From contig NC_043006.1 of NCBI RefSeq assembly GCF_006345805.1, forward strand, positions 37,696,001 to 37,760,000: DNA of 64,000 nucleotides, read 5' to 3'. The first letter of the stretch is position 1, and the number at the start of each line of letters is the position of its first letter. Position numbers and translations under genes: made by a program. Below, piece after piece: positions 25,201 through 36,494 of the stretch. Under the pieces are notes generated by a model. The model was not told where the DNA came from. It was given only the letters and a program-made list of their open reading frames with translations, and searched no databases. This DNA is from Octopus sinensis. Lineage: Eukaryota.

Positions 25201-27212
25201 CACAAACGACTTCAGGTAGATGGCCCTGCTCGATCTGTAAAAAAGGTGTAGGTAGAACTCTATAAGGTGCACCAAGTGTAAGCTATGGACACATAAGAGG
25301 TGCAGCAATGTCAAAGGAAGGCTAACTAAGAAAATAGTTTTTGTCTGTGGCAGATGCTCAGGAGAAATAAACACTGGAAATGTGCAGAGACCAACTTCTA
25401 CCACGTTCCAGGGAGACAAACTAGAAGTAGTTGATAGCTTCCACTACCTAGGAGACCAAGTCAGTAGCCGGGGTGGGTGTGCTGAAAGTGTAACTGCTAG
25501 AGTAAGAATAGCCTGGGCAAAGTTTAGAGAGCTCTTACCCCTGCTGGTGACAAAAGGCCTCTCGCTAAGAGTAAAAGGCAGCCTATATGATGCGTGTGTA
25601 TGTACAGCCATGCTACATGGTAGTGAAACATGGGCCGTGACAGCTGAGGATATGCGTAAGCTTGCAAGAAATGAAGCCAGTATGCTCCGATGGATGTGTA
25701 ATGTCAGTGTTCATAATCGTCAGAGTGTAAGTACTTTGAGAGAAAAGTTGAACCTAAGAAGTGTCAGTTGTGGTGTGCAAGAGAGACGGCTGCGCTGGTA
25801 TGGTCATGTGACGAGAATGGCTGAAGATAGTTGTGTGCAAAAGTGCTACACCCTAGCAGTTGAGGGAACCTGTGGAAGAGGTAGACCCAGGAAAACCTGG
25901 GACGAGGTGGTGAAGCACGACCTTGAACTTTAGGTCTCACCAAGGAAATGACTGAAGACCGAGTCCTATGGAAGTGTGCTGTGCATGAGAGGACCCGGCA
26001 GGACTAGTCAGGCCATATCCCGTGGCCCCTACCTGGGACGTAGTCGATCCCCTGTGCATACCTTCCTTCTTGTGACACTTGTGAAGACCTGCTGAGGCAA
26101 GTGAAAATCAATCAAAATAGATGAACATCAATGGAATTTGTATCTTTGTGGTACCAGTGCCTGTGGCACACAAGAAAACCATCCGAACATGGCCGTAGCC
26201 AGTACCGCATCGACTGGCCTCCGTGCTGTGGGAACATGGTGGCACATATAAAAACACCATCCGAAGACCCGGCAAGACTAGTCAGGTCATAACCCATGGG
26301 CCCTACCTGGGACGTAGTCAGTCCACCTGTACATACCTTCCTTCTTGTGACACTGTGAAGACCTGTTGAGGCAAGTGAAAATCAAAACAAATCAAAATAG
26401 ATGAACATCAATGGAATTTGTATCTTTGTGGTACCAGTGCCGGTGGCACACAAGAATCCATCCGAACGTGGCCGTAGTCAGTACCGCATCACTGGCCATC
26501 GTGCTGTGGGCACATAACAAACACCATCCGGTCGTGGCCGTTCGCCAGCCTCATCTAGCACCTGTGTCGGTGGCACATAAAAACACCATCCGAAGACCGG
26601 CAAGACTAGTCAGGCCATAAACCATGGCCCCTACCTGGACGTAGTCAGTCCACCTGTGCATACCTTCCTCTTGTGACACTTGTGAAGACCTGTGAGCAAG
26701 TGAAAATCAAAACAAATCAAAATAGATGAACATCAATGGAATTTGTATCTTTGTGGTACCAGTGCCGGTGGCACGTGGCACACAAGAAAACCATCCGAAC
26801 GTGGCGTAGCCAGTACTGCATCGACTGGCCTCCGTGCTGTGGGCACGTAACAAGCACCATCCGATCGTGGCCGTTTGCCAGCCTCATCTGGCACCTGTGT
26901 CGGTGGCACATAAAAACACCATCCGAGCGTGGCCGTCTGCCAGCCTCGTCTGGCACCTGTGTCGGTGGCACATAAAAACACCATCCGAGCGTGGCCGTTT
27001 GCCAGCCTCGTCTGGCACCTGTGTCGGTGGCACATAAAATCACCCACTACACTCTCGGAGTGGTTGGCGTTAGGAAGGGCATCCAGCTGTAGAAACACTG
27101 CCAGATCTGACTGGACTGGTGCAGCTTTCGGGCTCCCCAGACCCCAGTTGAACCGTCCAACCCATGCTAGCATGGAAAGCGGACGTTAAATGATGATGAT
27201 GATGATGATGAT
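21985..27212 (+). mobile_element. Near full-length RTE-clade LINE retrotransposon
   Basis: Single APE+RT ORF, ~1.2-kb 3' UTR and (GAT)n tail at about 27190-27212; TCTA/TC microsatellite on both flanks. The 5' boundary is approximate. Confidence 0.92.
22897..26007 (+). pseudogene. RTE ORF (APE endonuclease + reverse transcriptase + PHD-like finger), broken by about 13 small indels as assembled
   Basis: APE motifs LRVGTLN, DVCCMQE, SAYAPQ, AGDFNGHVG, SQIDYIL; RT motifs NYRGIKLL, QFGFVPGKST, AFVDLEKA, HQGSVLSPLLF, LLYADDL, YLG; C-terminal WYGHV and GRGRPRKTW; ATG 22897, TAG 26005-26007. Confidence 0.93.
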
Positions 27213-27309
27213 CTATCTATCTATCTCTCCCTCTCTATCTATCTATCTCTCCCTCTCTATCTATCTCTCCCTCTCTATCTATATCTCTCCCTCTCTATCT
27301 ATCTATCTA

Positions 27310-27667
27310 TCCTAGATCCATCCTCAGAAATATAGCATTGTATTATATTCCTTATCTAATGGTTTATAGACTATCTATCTATCTGTGTGTGTATGTATGA
27401 ACGTGTATATGCAGGTATCTATCTATCTATAAAGCACGATTTATTCGCAATCAGAGTTGTTCGAAAGCCGAGGTACTACTGTATATATATAGTATTATAG
27501 TGTTCTTAGCATTTTAGTTTCCAACTTAGGAACCAAATTGTCATACTTGCAGAGAATGACTCACAAGGATATGAAGACCCTATTATTTAAGGTTAGAGAA
27601 AGTTAGTCTCTAAACCATTAGATAAGGAATATAATACAATTCTATATTTCTGAGGATGGATCTAGGA
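27310..27667. repeat. 63-bp inverted repeat pair (27310-27372 / 27605-27667), MITE-like
   Basis: TCCTAGATCCATCCTCAGAAATATAG...GGTTTA(T/G)AGACT, two mismatches between arms. Confidence 0.8.
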
Positions 27668-27883
27668 TGGATGGCCATGTCTTCTACTGGCACTAGATGG
27701 GATGTCATGCCCTAAGAAGACAAAACTAAAGAGCCCTTTCAACTTTATGTTGTCTCTGCTTAAATCAATAACAACTTAATGGCGTGGTGCGTTAAAAAGA
27801 GCCCAAACCGAAATGAAACAGTCAACCAAAATCTGATCTTCTGATCCCTTCTGGGAGGGCTTCAAGGACACATGCAATAAATG

Positions 27884-27901
27884 CTAACATGGAAAGCAGT
27901 T
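27884..27901 (-). CDS. Possible short terminal coding exon of the C7orf25 homologue (NCFPC*)
   Basis: Phase-0 acceptor cctcttcatcattctAG would append five residues after PIPK; speculative. Confidence 0.2.
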   Translation of the reverse strand, partial: NCFPC

Positions 27902-29722
27902 CTAGAATGATGAAGAGGATGATGATCATGCTGGTGACAAAGTTGTTTATAATGATGATTGTGGTGGTTGATAATGATTGTGGTAGTGATGATGATGGTG
28001 GTGGTGATGATGCAGATACTTGCCTAGGGTGTTGCATAGTAGGACTAAATCCAAGACCATAGAGTTGGGAAGCAAGCATCTTAACCACACAGCCATGCCT
28101 GCACCTCATATATGTGTGTGTGTGTGTGCATGCATGTGTTTGTGTGTGTTTTCCCACAAATACAGAGAGAGAGATATTACTGCTTAGAAGAATTATGACA
28201 ACCATTCAAAAGATACAGACACTCCACCACACACACACACACCATTATATTCACATCCATTGTAGCATTACATACTATAAAGTGATAGTGTCAAAGCATT
28301 TTGCCATACATCTACAAACTAGATGCTGACATAATTCCACTGGATTAAAAATTAATTAATTAATTTTATTAAATTAAAGAATACAAACTATAAACGAGAT
28401 GAATTTTAAGGGAGGAGGGCGGGGGGTGGGAGCAACCAAATTAATTTAACCTTTCCCCTCCCCACCGCCATTCCACTATCTGAGTGGAACTTATTTTATC
28501 AGCCCCAAGAAAGATGAAATGCAAAGTCAACGTTTGTGAGATTTGAACTCTTAACACAAACAAAACTATCTAAATACTGCAAAGTAATTCTATCTGTCAC
28601 TCACTGATGCAATCTTTTGGCCTCCCTAATTAAACTAAATTTAATTAATGAAATAATTACTGCATTTGATGGCGTAAAAGACACACAGACATATTAGGTG
28701 CATTCCATTTTTAGCAACGCATTTTGAAGAAAGAAGTTTTAATGCATTCAAGCATGTCAAATTTAATGCAATCAAGCAGAACATTACAAGAGGACGTTAG
28801 ATGGAACAGAAAACATCACTCTCTATCTTTTTATCCATTTCAGTCATTAGACTGCAGCCATGCTGGGGCAGCAGCCTGAAGTATTTTTTTTATAGTAAAG
28901 ATTGTTTGCCAACATAACATAGCAGTCCTGGTTTAGGATGAATGTTGCTGTAATTTAGCCCCAGGAGACATCATCTCCAGCTGGCTATACAACATGATCT
29001 GTGTCCTTATATTTTCAAACAAGGGAATCTAGCACCCGCCTACTTAGCTCAAAACAATATCAGTGTATCATGATTTTTGGGCTATTTCCCTTCATCAGCA
29101 CAGAATAATTGTTCGGTTAGAGGTGGCGCTGCCAAATTCCCGTTCGATATATATAGTTTTCAAAGTGACAACTAGTCACTGATTTATAAATTAGAAAATT
29201 ACTATTTTTTAAAATAGTAATTTTCTAAGTATTTTCTTAGTCAAATGAATCAACCTCAGTACATATTTTTTTAAGCCTGGTGCTTATGATATCAATCACT
29301 TTTGCTGAACTGCTAAGTTATGGGATGTAAACACACCAACACAAGTTGTCAAGCAGGGGTAGGAGACAGACACACACTCACACACATACACATATAATGG
29401 GCTTCTTTCAGTTTCCCTCTACTAAATCCATTCACAAGGCTTTGGTCAGTCCGAGGCTATAGCAGAAGGTACTTGTCCAAGGTGCCATGCTGTGGGACTG
29501 AACCCAGTGGTTGGGAAGCAAACTTGTACCACACAATATTGTTATTGTTATGGAGTCAGGTAAAGTAGAAGAAACTGTCTAGACTAAAATTAGCCTTTAG
29601 TCAGGTACAAAATTTACTTATGCATGACCCAAATTCGCATATTGTACCTGGGGTGATTTTTTTTTTGAGACTTTTAAGCCATCAAATACAATATTAATTA
29701 AATTAGAAGTGATATTACTAAC

Positions 29723-29803
29723 CTTTGGGATAGGTTTCGCAAATTTCTCTTTTTCTTCTGTCAGAGCTCTTGATGCATGAATGAAAACAGCAAACGTCAC
29801 ACC
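29723..29803 (-). CDS. C7orf25: UPF0415/C7orf25 homologue, last conserved exon
   Basis: attccAG|GVTFAVFIHASRALTEEKEKFAKPIPK resembles the vertebrate C-terminus GVKFSVFIHQPRALTE..KE..A.PLPK (recalled). Strong donor AAG|GTTAGT at 29722; read-through to the stop at 29618 is an alternative. Confidence 0.85.
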
Positions 29804-30164
29804 CTGGAATTAAACAAAGAAGACATTACAACAGCAAAAACAGTAAAGATTCAAAATATCCTGCCCAGGAATTGAACACAGAAGATAATATTTGAAAAAC
29901 ATATTGACAGGTGCAGGCATGGATGTGTGGTTAAATCCATGGATGCGTGGTTCAGTCCTGCTGCATGGCAACTTGGGCAAGGGTCTTCTGGTACAGCTCC
30001 TATCAAAGTGTCTAACCCATGCCATCATGGAAAACACATTAAATGATGATGGTGGTGGTGGTGGTGGTGGTGGTGATGGTGAAAGAACTAGCAATGGAGG
30101 TAATTAAAGCATGGAAGCTGCAAACAGAAACAGCCTATAAAATAATAGGCACCTTCATCATCAT

Positions 30165-30420
30165 CATCATCATCATCATTTAATATCTGTTGTCCATGCT
30201 GGCATGGGTTGGACAGTTTGACTAGGCTGGCACGTTGGAAGGCTGCACCAGGCTCCAGTCCGATTTGGAATGGTTTTCTATGGCTGGATGCCCTTCCTAA
30301 TGCCAACCACTCCGAGAGTGTAATGGGTGCTTTTATGTGCCACCAGCATGGGTGCCATTTGCGTATCACTGGTATCTGCTACGACTATGATTTTGCTCGG
30401 CCTCATGGGTCTTCTTCTGA
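30165..30420 (-). mobile_element. RTE-tail-derived short element (family C)
   Basis: (CAT)n tail plus match to the RTE 3' end 27040-27212. Confidence 0.8.
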
Positions 30421-30950
30421 AGCACAACATAATACCAAAGGAATTAATAAGGGTTTCAAATTTTTCCACAAGGGCAGCAATTTAGCAGTGGGGGTGAATT
30501 GATTACATCGACAAACCCCAGTGTGTAACTGGTACCTATTTTATCAACCACAAGAGGATGAAAGGTAAAGTCGACCTCAGTGGAATTTGAACTCAGAACG
30601 TAGCAGCAGGCGAAATACCACTAAGCATTTCGCCCGGCATGCTAGCAATTCTTATTTCTTTATTGCCCACAAGGGGCTAAACATAGAGGGGACAAACAAG
30701 GACAGACAAAGAGATTAAGTCGGTTACATCGACCCCAGTACGTAACTGGTACTTAATTTATCGACCACGAATGGATGAAAAGTAAAGTCGATATCGGCAG
30801 AATTTTAACTCAGAATGTAACAGCAGACGAAATACCGCTAGGCATTTCGCCCAGCATGCTAATAATTCTGTCAGCTTGCCACCTTCATTTTGGGAACAAT
30901 GATAGAATATACAAACAGCTACATGATCGAAACACCAGGACTTACAAATA

Positions 30951-31397
30951 CAGTGGCGGCCAAAATGTTCAGAACGGCATTGTTTTCGTCAGAAAAGTAG
31001 ATATAATTTTTTATCAAAGTTGTTTTATATTCTATAATTTTCACAAAATAAATACGATATTATTTGGTATAGTAATGCTATTTTCTATACATACAGTTGT
31101 GGCCAAAATGTTCAGAACGGCATTGTTTTCGTCAGAAAAGTAGATATAATTTTTTATCAAAGTTGTTTTATATTCTATAATTTTCACAAAATAAATACGA
31201 TATTATTTGGTATAGTAATGCTATTTTCTATACATACAGTTGTGGCCAAAATGTTCAGAACGGCATTGTTTTCGTCAGAAAAGTAAGTATAAGTTTTTAT
31301 CAAAGTAGTTTTATATTCTATAATTTTCACAGACAATAAATACGATATTATTTGTTGTCTGAGATTTTGGTGTAATTTGAGAGGATAATACAAAAGT
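30951..31397. repeat. Three tandem 143-bp units containing a Tc1 terminal inverted repeat
   Basis: CAGT(G/T)G(C/T)GGCCAAAATGTTCAGAACGG at 30951, 31094 and 31237. Confidence 0.85.
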
Positions 31398-32091
31398 CAA
31401 ATGACTGAAACAAGTAAAAGAGTAAAGGTATGATGCATATACTTTTGTTTCAGTCATTTGACTGCGGCCATGCTGGATCACCACCTTTAGTCAAGCAAAT
31501 CGACCCCAGGACTTATTCTGAGTTAACCTCATACTTATTCTATCGTTTTTTTTTGCCGAACTGCTAAGTTACGGGCACATTAACACACTAACATCAGTTG
31601 TCAAGTGATGTTGGGGAGATAAATACATACTAACACACACGCACATACATAATATATATTACTCTTTACTCTTTTACTTGTTTCAGTCATTTGACTGTGG
31701 CCATGCTGGAGCACCACCTTTAGTCAAGCAAATCAACCCCAGAGCTTATTCTTTGTAAGCCCAGTACTTATTCTATCAGTCTTTTTTGCCGAACCACTAA
31801 GTTACAGGGATGCAAACACACCAGCATCGGTTGTCAAGCAATGTTGGGGGAACAAACACAGACACACAAAAATATACGCACACATATACGACACACAAAC
31901 ATATACAAATACATATATATACATATACGACTGGCTTTTTCCAGTTTCCATTTACCAAATCCACTCACAAGGCTTTGGTCAGCCCGAAGCTGTAGTAGAA
32001 GACACTTGCCTGAGGTGCCATGCAGTGGGACTGAACCCGGGACCATGTGGTTGGTAAGCTAGCTACGTACCACACAGTGACTCCTGTGCCA

Positions 32092-32132
<41 letters not shown>

Positions 32133-32409
32133 CACACACACATATACAATTGGCTTCTTGCAGTTTCCATCTACCAAATCCACTCACAAGGATTTGGTCA
32201 GCCTGAGGCGATAGTAGAAGACACTTACCCAAGGTGCCATGCAGTGGGACTGAGCCTGGAATCATGCAGTTGGTAAGCAAGCTACTTACTACACAGCCAC
32301 GGCTGTACGTGTATGTGCACTATTTTGTTTAGGTTGTGTTGTTTTTACTGTATTGAAGTCTTCTAAATAATAGACGGTCAGAGCCTAGTAATGCCATTTT
32401 CTATACATA

Positions 32410-33000
32410 CAGTTGTGGCCAAAATGTTCAGAATGGCATTGTTTTCGTCAGAAAAGTAAGTAGAAGTTTTTATCAAAGTAGTTTTATATTCTATAATTTT
32501 CACAGACAATAAATACGATATTATTTGTTATTGTCTGAGATTTTGGTGTAATTTGAGAGGATAATACAAAAGTTATGGATGATTTAGTGATTTACTGCAA
32601 AATCCATGGCGGCCAAAACGATCAGAATGGTTGAAAAAATAACAAAATAATGAAAAATGACTGAGAATACTGGAATTATTTAATATTTAGTGTGAATCCC
32701 TTTAGCTTCAATCACACTCTTACATCTTCGACTGCATGAGGAAATTAAATTTTCAATTTCTTGCTGGGTGATCTTATTCCATTCTTCCTGAAGGGCATTC
32801 CATAATTGCTCAGTTGTTTTAGGATTTCTGGCTTTCGAACATTCTCCTAGAATATTCCATACATTTTCAATAGGATTGAGATCTGGGCTTTGAGCAGGCC
32901 AATCCATAACAATAACCTTTTCAGCCTTGAGGAAGTTCATGACCACCTTAGCCTTGTGACATAGGGCATTGTCCTGCATGAATATGGGTGGTCGCTTAGT
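32410..33000 (-). mobile_element. Truncated Tc1-family transposon (3' end: transposase C-terminus + TIR)
   Basis: IFMQDNALCH...WPAQSPDLNPIENVW...CKSVIEAKGIHTKY* (D..34..E spacing); TA|CAGTTGTGGCC terminus at 32408-32420; inner direct repeat GGCGGCCAAAAC near 32608. Confidence 0.9.
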
Positions 33001-33140
33001 TGAATTTCTCAGCACAGGCAAGACATGATCTGTGTAAGCTTAGTACTTACTTTATTGGCATCTTTTGCCAAACCGCTAAGTTACAGGGACACAAACACAC
33101 CACCATTGGTTGTCAAGCGATGTTGGGGGGACAAATGCAA

Positions 33141-33195
<55 letters not shown>

Positions 33196-33399
33196 TATAT
33201 ATGACGGGCTTCTTTCAGTTTCTGTCTACCAAATCCACTCACAAGGCTTTGGTCGGCCCAAAGCTATATAGAAGACATTTGCCCAAGTTCAGTAGGACTG
33301 AACCTGGAACCATGTGGTTGGTAAGGAAGCTAATTATCACACAGCCCCTCCTGCGCCTTTATATCGACCTTTATATCAACCCCAGTGCATGACTGGTAC

Positions 33400-34080
33400 T
33401 TTATTTTATTGACCTTGTAAGATGAGAAAAAATAATAATCCATTGTAGCCACAAGGCCTGAAATTTTGGGTAAGGTGGTGGGTAAGTCGATTACATTGAC
33501 CCCAAGGCTCAACTGGTACTTTGTTTAACTGACTGTAAAAGGATGAAAGGCACAGTCGACCTCAGCAGAATTAGAACTGATGAATGAAATGCCACAAAGC
33601 ATTTCGCCCAGTGTGCTAACAATTCTGCCAGCTCATAATCTTAGAGTATACAATGGTTTCAAATTTTGGCACAAGGCCAGCAATTTCCAGGGAGTGGCAA
33701 GTTGATTACATCGACCCAAGAACACATCTGGTACCTATTTTATCAACTCTGCAAAGATGAAAGGCAAAGTCAACCCCAGCAGAATTTGAACTCAGAACCT
33801 AGCGGCAGATGAAATACCACATTTCACCCAGTGTGCTAACAATTCTGCCAGCTCACCGCCTTAAGAGTATACATTAATAATGATAATGAACCAGTGTACC
33901 ATAGGCACAAGGCCCTCAAATTTAGGGGAGTGGGGGAAGCTGATTACATCAACCCCAGTGTTTAACTGGTACTTATTTCATTGACCACAAAAGGAAGAAT
34001 GGCAAAGTTGACCTCAGCAGAATTTGAACTCAGAATGTAAAGATGGACAAAATATTGCTGAGCATTTTGTCTGGAATTTT
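33400..34080 (-). mobile_element. Cluster of decayed SINE family B copies
   Basis: Reverse-complement family B units. Confidence 0.75.
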
Positions 34081-34340
34081 AATGACTCTGCAAAGTTGCT
34101 GCCTCATGAGGAATAATAAGAATATGATACTAATGTCTTTGGGAAAGGCATGAATTTCATGCATTCTTCCTCTTTCCACTCTGAATGAGAAGGAAAAACA
34201 AAAATACAAAGAATCTAAATCCATTCTGAAAGAAAAACAGGAAAGAAAAAAAAAAAGGAAAAGGAGAAGGGAAGAATAGAGAGGAGGAGGAGAAGAAGAA
34301 GTAGAAGACAGCCAGATTAACAAAGAAAATAAATTTTTAC

Positions 34341-34421
34341 TTGATTTTCAGCTGCTCGGACATAACCAGAGTTTGCTGTCATTGTAACGGCCTTCAAGGA
34401 GTCTCCGGTGCCGAATATAAT
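34341..34421 (-). CDS. C7orf25: UPF0415/C7orf25 homologue exon
   Basis: tctcaacAG|[27 protein letters not shown]|GTAAAA; 81 bp, phase 0/0; FGTGD..KA.TMTAN.G.VRAA is the conserved DUF1308 motif. Confidence 0.93.
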
Positions 34422-34518
34422 CTGTTGAGAGTAGATAAAGATTGACATATGAGTGGAATGCTTGGCTGAATGAAGGGATAGAGAAATTGATACATACATA
34501 CAATACACACACACATAC

Positions 34519-34573
<55 letters not shown>

Positions 34574-34583
34574 ATATATATAT

Positions 34584-34705
34584 ATTTATTATATAGAAGG
34601 AGCTTCTACAGGACTAGAACTGTTTCATTCAAGAGAAATCTTCCTGAAGATTTCTCTTGAATGAAACAGTTCTAGTCCTGTAGAAGCTCCTTCTATATAA
34701 TAAAT
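34584..34705. repeat. Perfect palindrome, 60-bp arms, 2-nt loop
   Basis: 34584-34643 is the exact reverse complement of 34646-34705. Confidence 0.95.
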
Positions 34706-34771
34706 TAATTTTACTCTGCTATGTATTGAGTACCTTATTTACTGTGGTTAACCCCGAATCAACCCGGGACC

Positions 34772-34802
<31 letters not shown>

Positions 34803-36148
34803 CAACATGCATACATATATATAGATATACATACATATACACACACACTCATATATATATATATATATACATACATACACACATATATGGTAGTGGTTGT
34901 TAACGAGGTGTTTGTGATTGTGGTGGATGTGTTGTAGCCGTGGTGGAAGTGCTGATGATGAAGACAATGATGGTATGTTGATTAAGACAACAGAAGAGAG
35001 AGAGAGGGAGAGAGCAATAAACAAACAAAAATTCCATACAGCATTTAAGCGTTTCCTGACCAAGCCATTCCAAGCTCAAATCCCACTAGAGCTTACCACA
35101 TTTGCTATTCATTGTTTGGAACCAATAAAATATCAGTAACCTAAGACAAAGGTTTATTCAATCAACCATTCTCTGCTTCTTAAAAACGAACAAGAATTTT
35201 ATAAAAGGAAAAAATATTTTTGCTTGCTTTGCTTCTCTCTCTCTAGTTCTATTCTCCTCTCTCTTTTCCCAGCTGGGGTACCGATGTGTCCCCTCAACAG
35301 CAAGATACCTTCTTTGACCTCTCTATCATACTTTAGCCTCTCATCACCCAACACAAAGCCATCACCCTCAATATTACTCTTTCCTCTGTTGAGGTGGGGT
35401 CTGTTCTCAAGGCCTTGCGAATTATCTGGTGACTTCTCTGGTGCCAGTACTATGTAAAAAGCACCCGGGTATATTCTGTAAAGTAGTTGGCATTAGGAAG
35501 GACATCTGGCCATTGAAACCAGGCTAAAGCAGACAGAAGAGCTTGATACATTCTCCTGGCTCATCAACTCTTGTCAACCCATCCAGTATATGCCAGGATG
35601 GAAAAGGAGACCCTTGAGGCTCCACATAAGATTTTGTTGTTAAAATATATCAGCAATAAACAGGTTGTAATTTTACAATTCTTTTATTCTTTTACTTGTT
35701 TCAGTCATTTGACTGCAGCCATGCTGGAGTACCAGCTTTAGTTGAATGAATCGACCCCCAGGACATTTTCTTTGTAAGCCTAGTACTTATTCTAATAATC
35801 TCTTTTGCTGAACTTCTAAGTTATAGGAGCGTAAACACATCAACATTTGGTTCTCAAGCAATGATGGACACACACACATATTCGATGGGCTTCTTTCAGT
35901 TTCCGCCAACCAAATCCACTAACAAGGCTTTGGTTGGCCCGAGGCTATTGTAGAAAATACTTGCCCAAGGTACCAACCATGTGGTTGGGAAGCAAGCTTA
36001 TTACCACAGTCATGTCTGCACCTATAAAAAGTATTCTAACAAGTTTTTTTTAAACAGTTCCTAATAATACAGTTCTATATTTAAGAGATGAGGAATTATG
36101 TACATTATTTACAGTTGACAGATACTTGCCTTCATCTTGTTTGTTGTT

Positions 36149-36194
36149 AACACAATGTTTTGGCTGATATGCTTTCCAGCCTTCATCAGGTGTC
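36149..36194 (-). ncRNA. Minimal type I hammerhead ribozyme motif, probably inactivated (G12A)
   Basis: GACAC-CTGATGA-A-GGCTG-loop-CAGCC-AAAAC-ATT-GTGTT; the changes fit CpG decay. Confidence 0.6.
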
Positions 36195-36448
36195 TTGGGG
36201 CAATTTTGAACCTGGGTTCTCACTCCTAAGGTGTTTTTTGATATTATTATTATTCAGGTCACTGCCTGAAATCAAACTCGGAATCTTGAAGTTAGTAGTC
36301 AGTGCTCTTAACCACTACGCCATATGCATGGGCATATGGCTTAGTGGTTATTTCGAGTTTGATTCAAGGCAGTGACCTGAATAATAATAATAATAATAAT
36401 ATCAAAAAATACCTTAGGAATGAAAACCCAGGTTCGAAATTTCCCCAA

Positions 36449-36494
36449 GACACCTGATGAAGGCTGGAGGGTATATCAGTCGAAACGTTGTGTT
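36449..36494 (+). ncRNA. Minimal type I hammerhead ribozyme motif with intact core
   Basis: Stem I GACAC/GTGTT, CTGATGA 36454-36460, extra A, stem II GGCTG/CAGTC, GAAA 36482-36485, palindromic loopless helix III ACGT, predicted cleavage after U36489. Confidence 0.8.
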
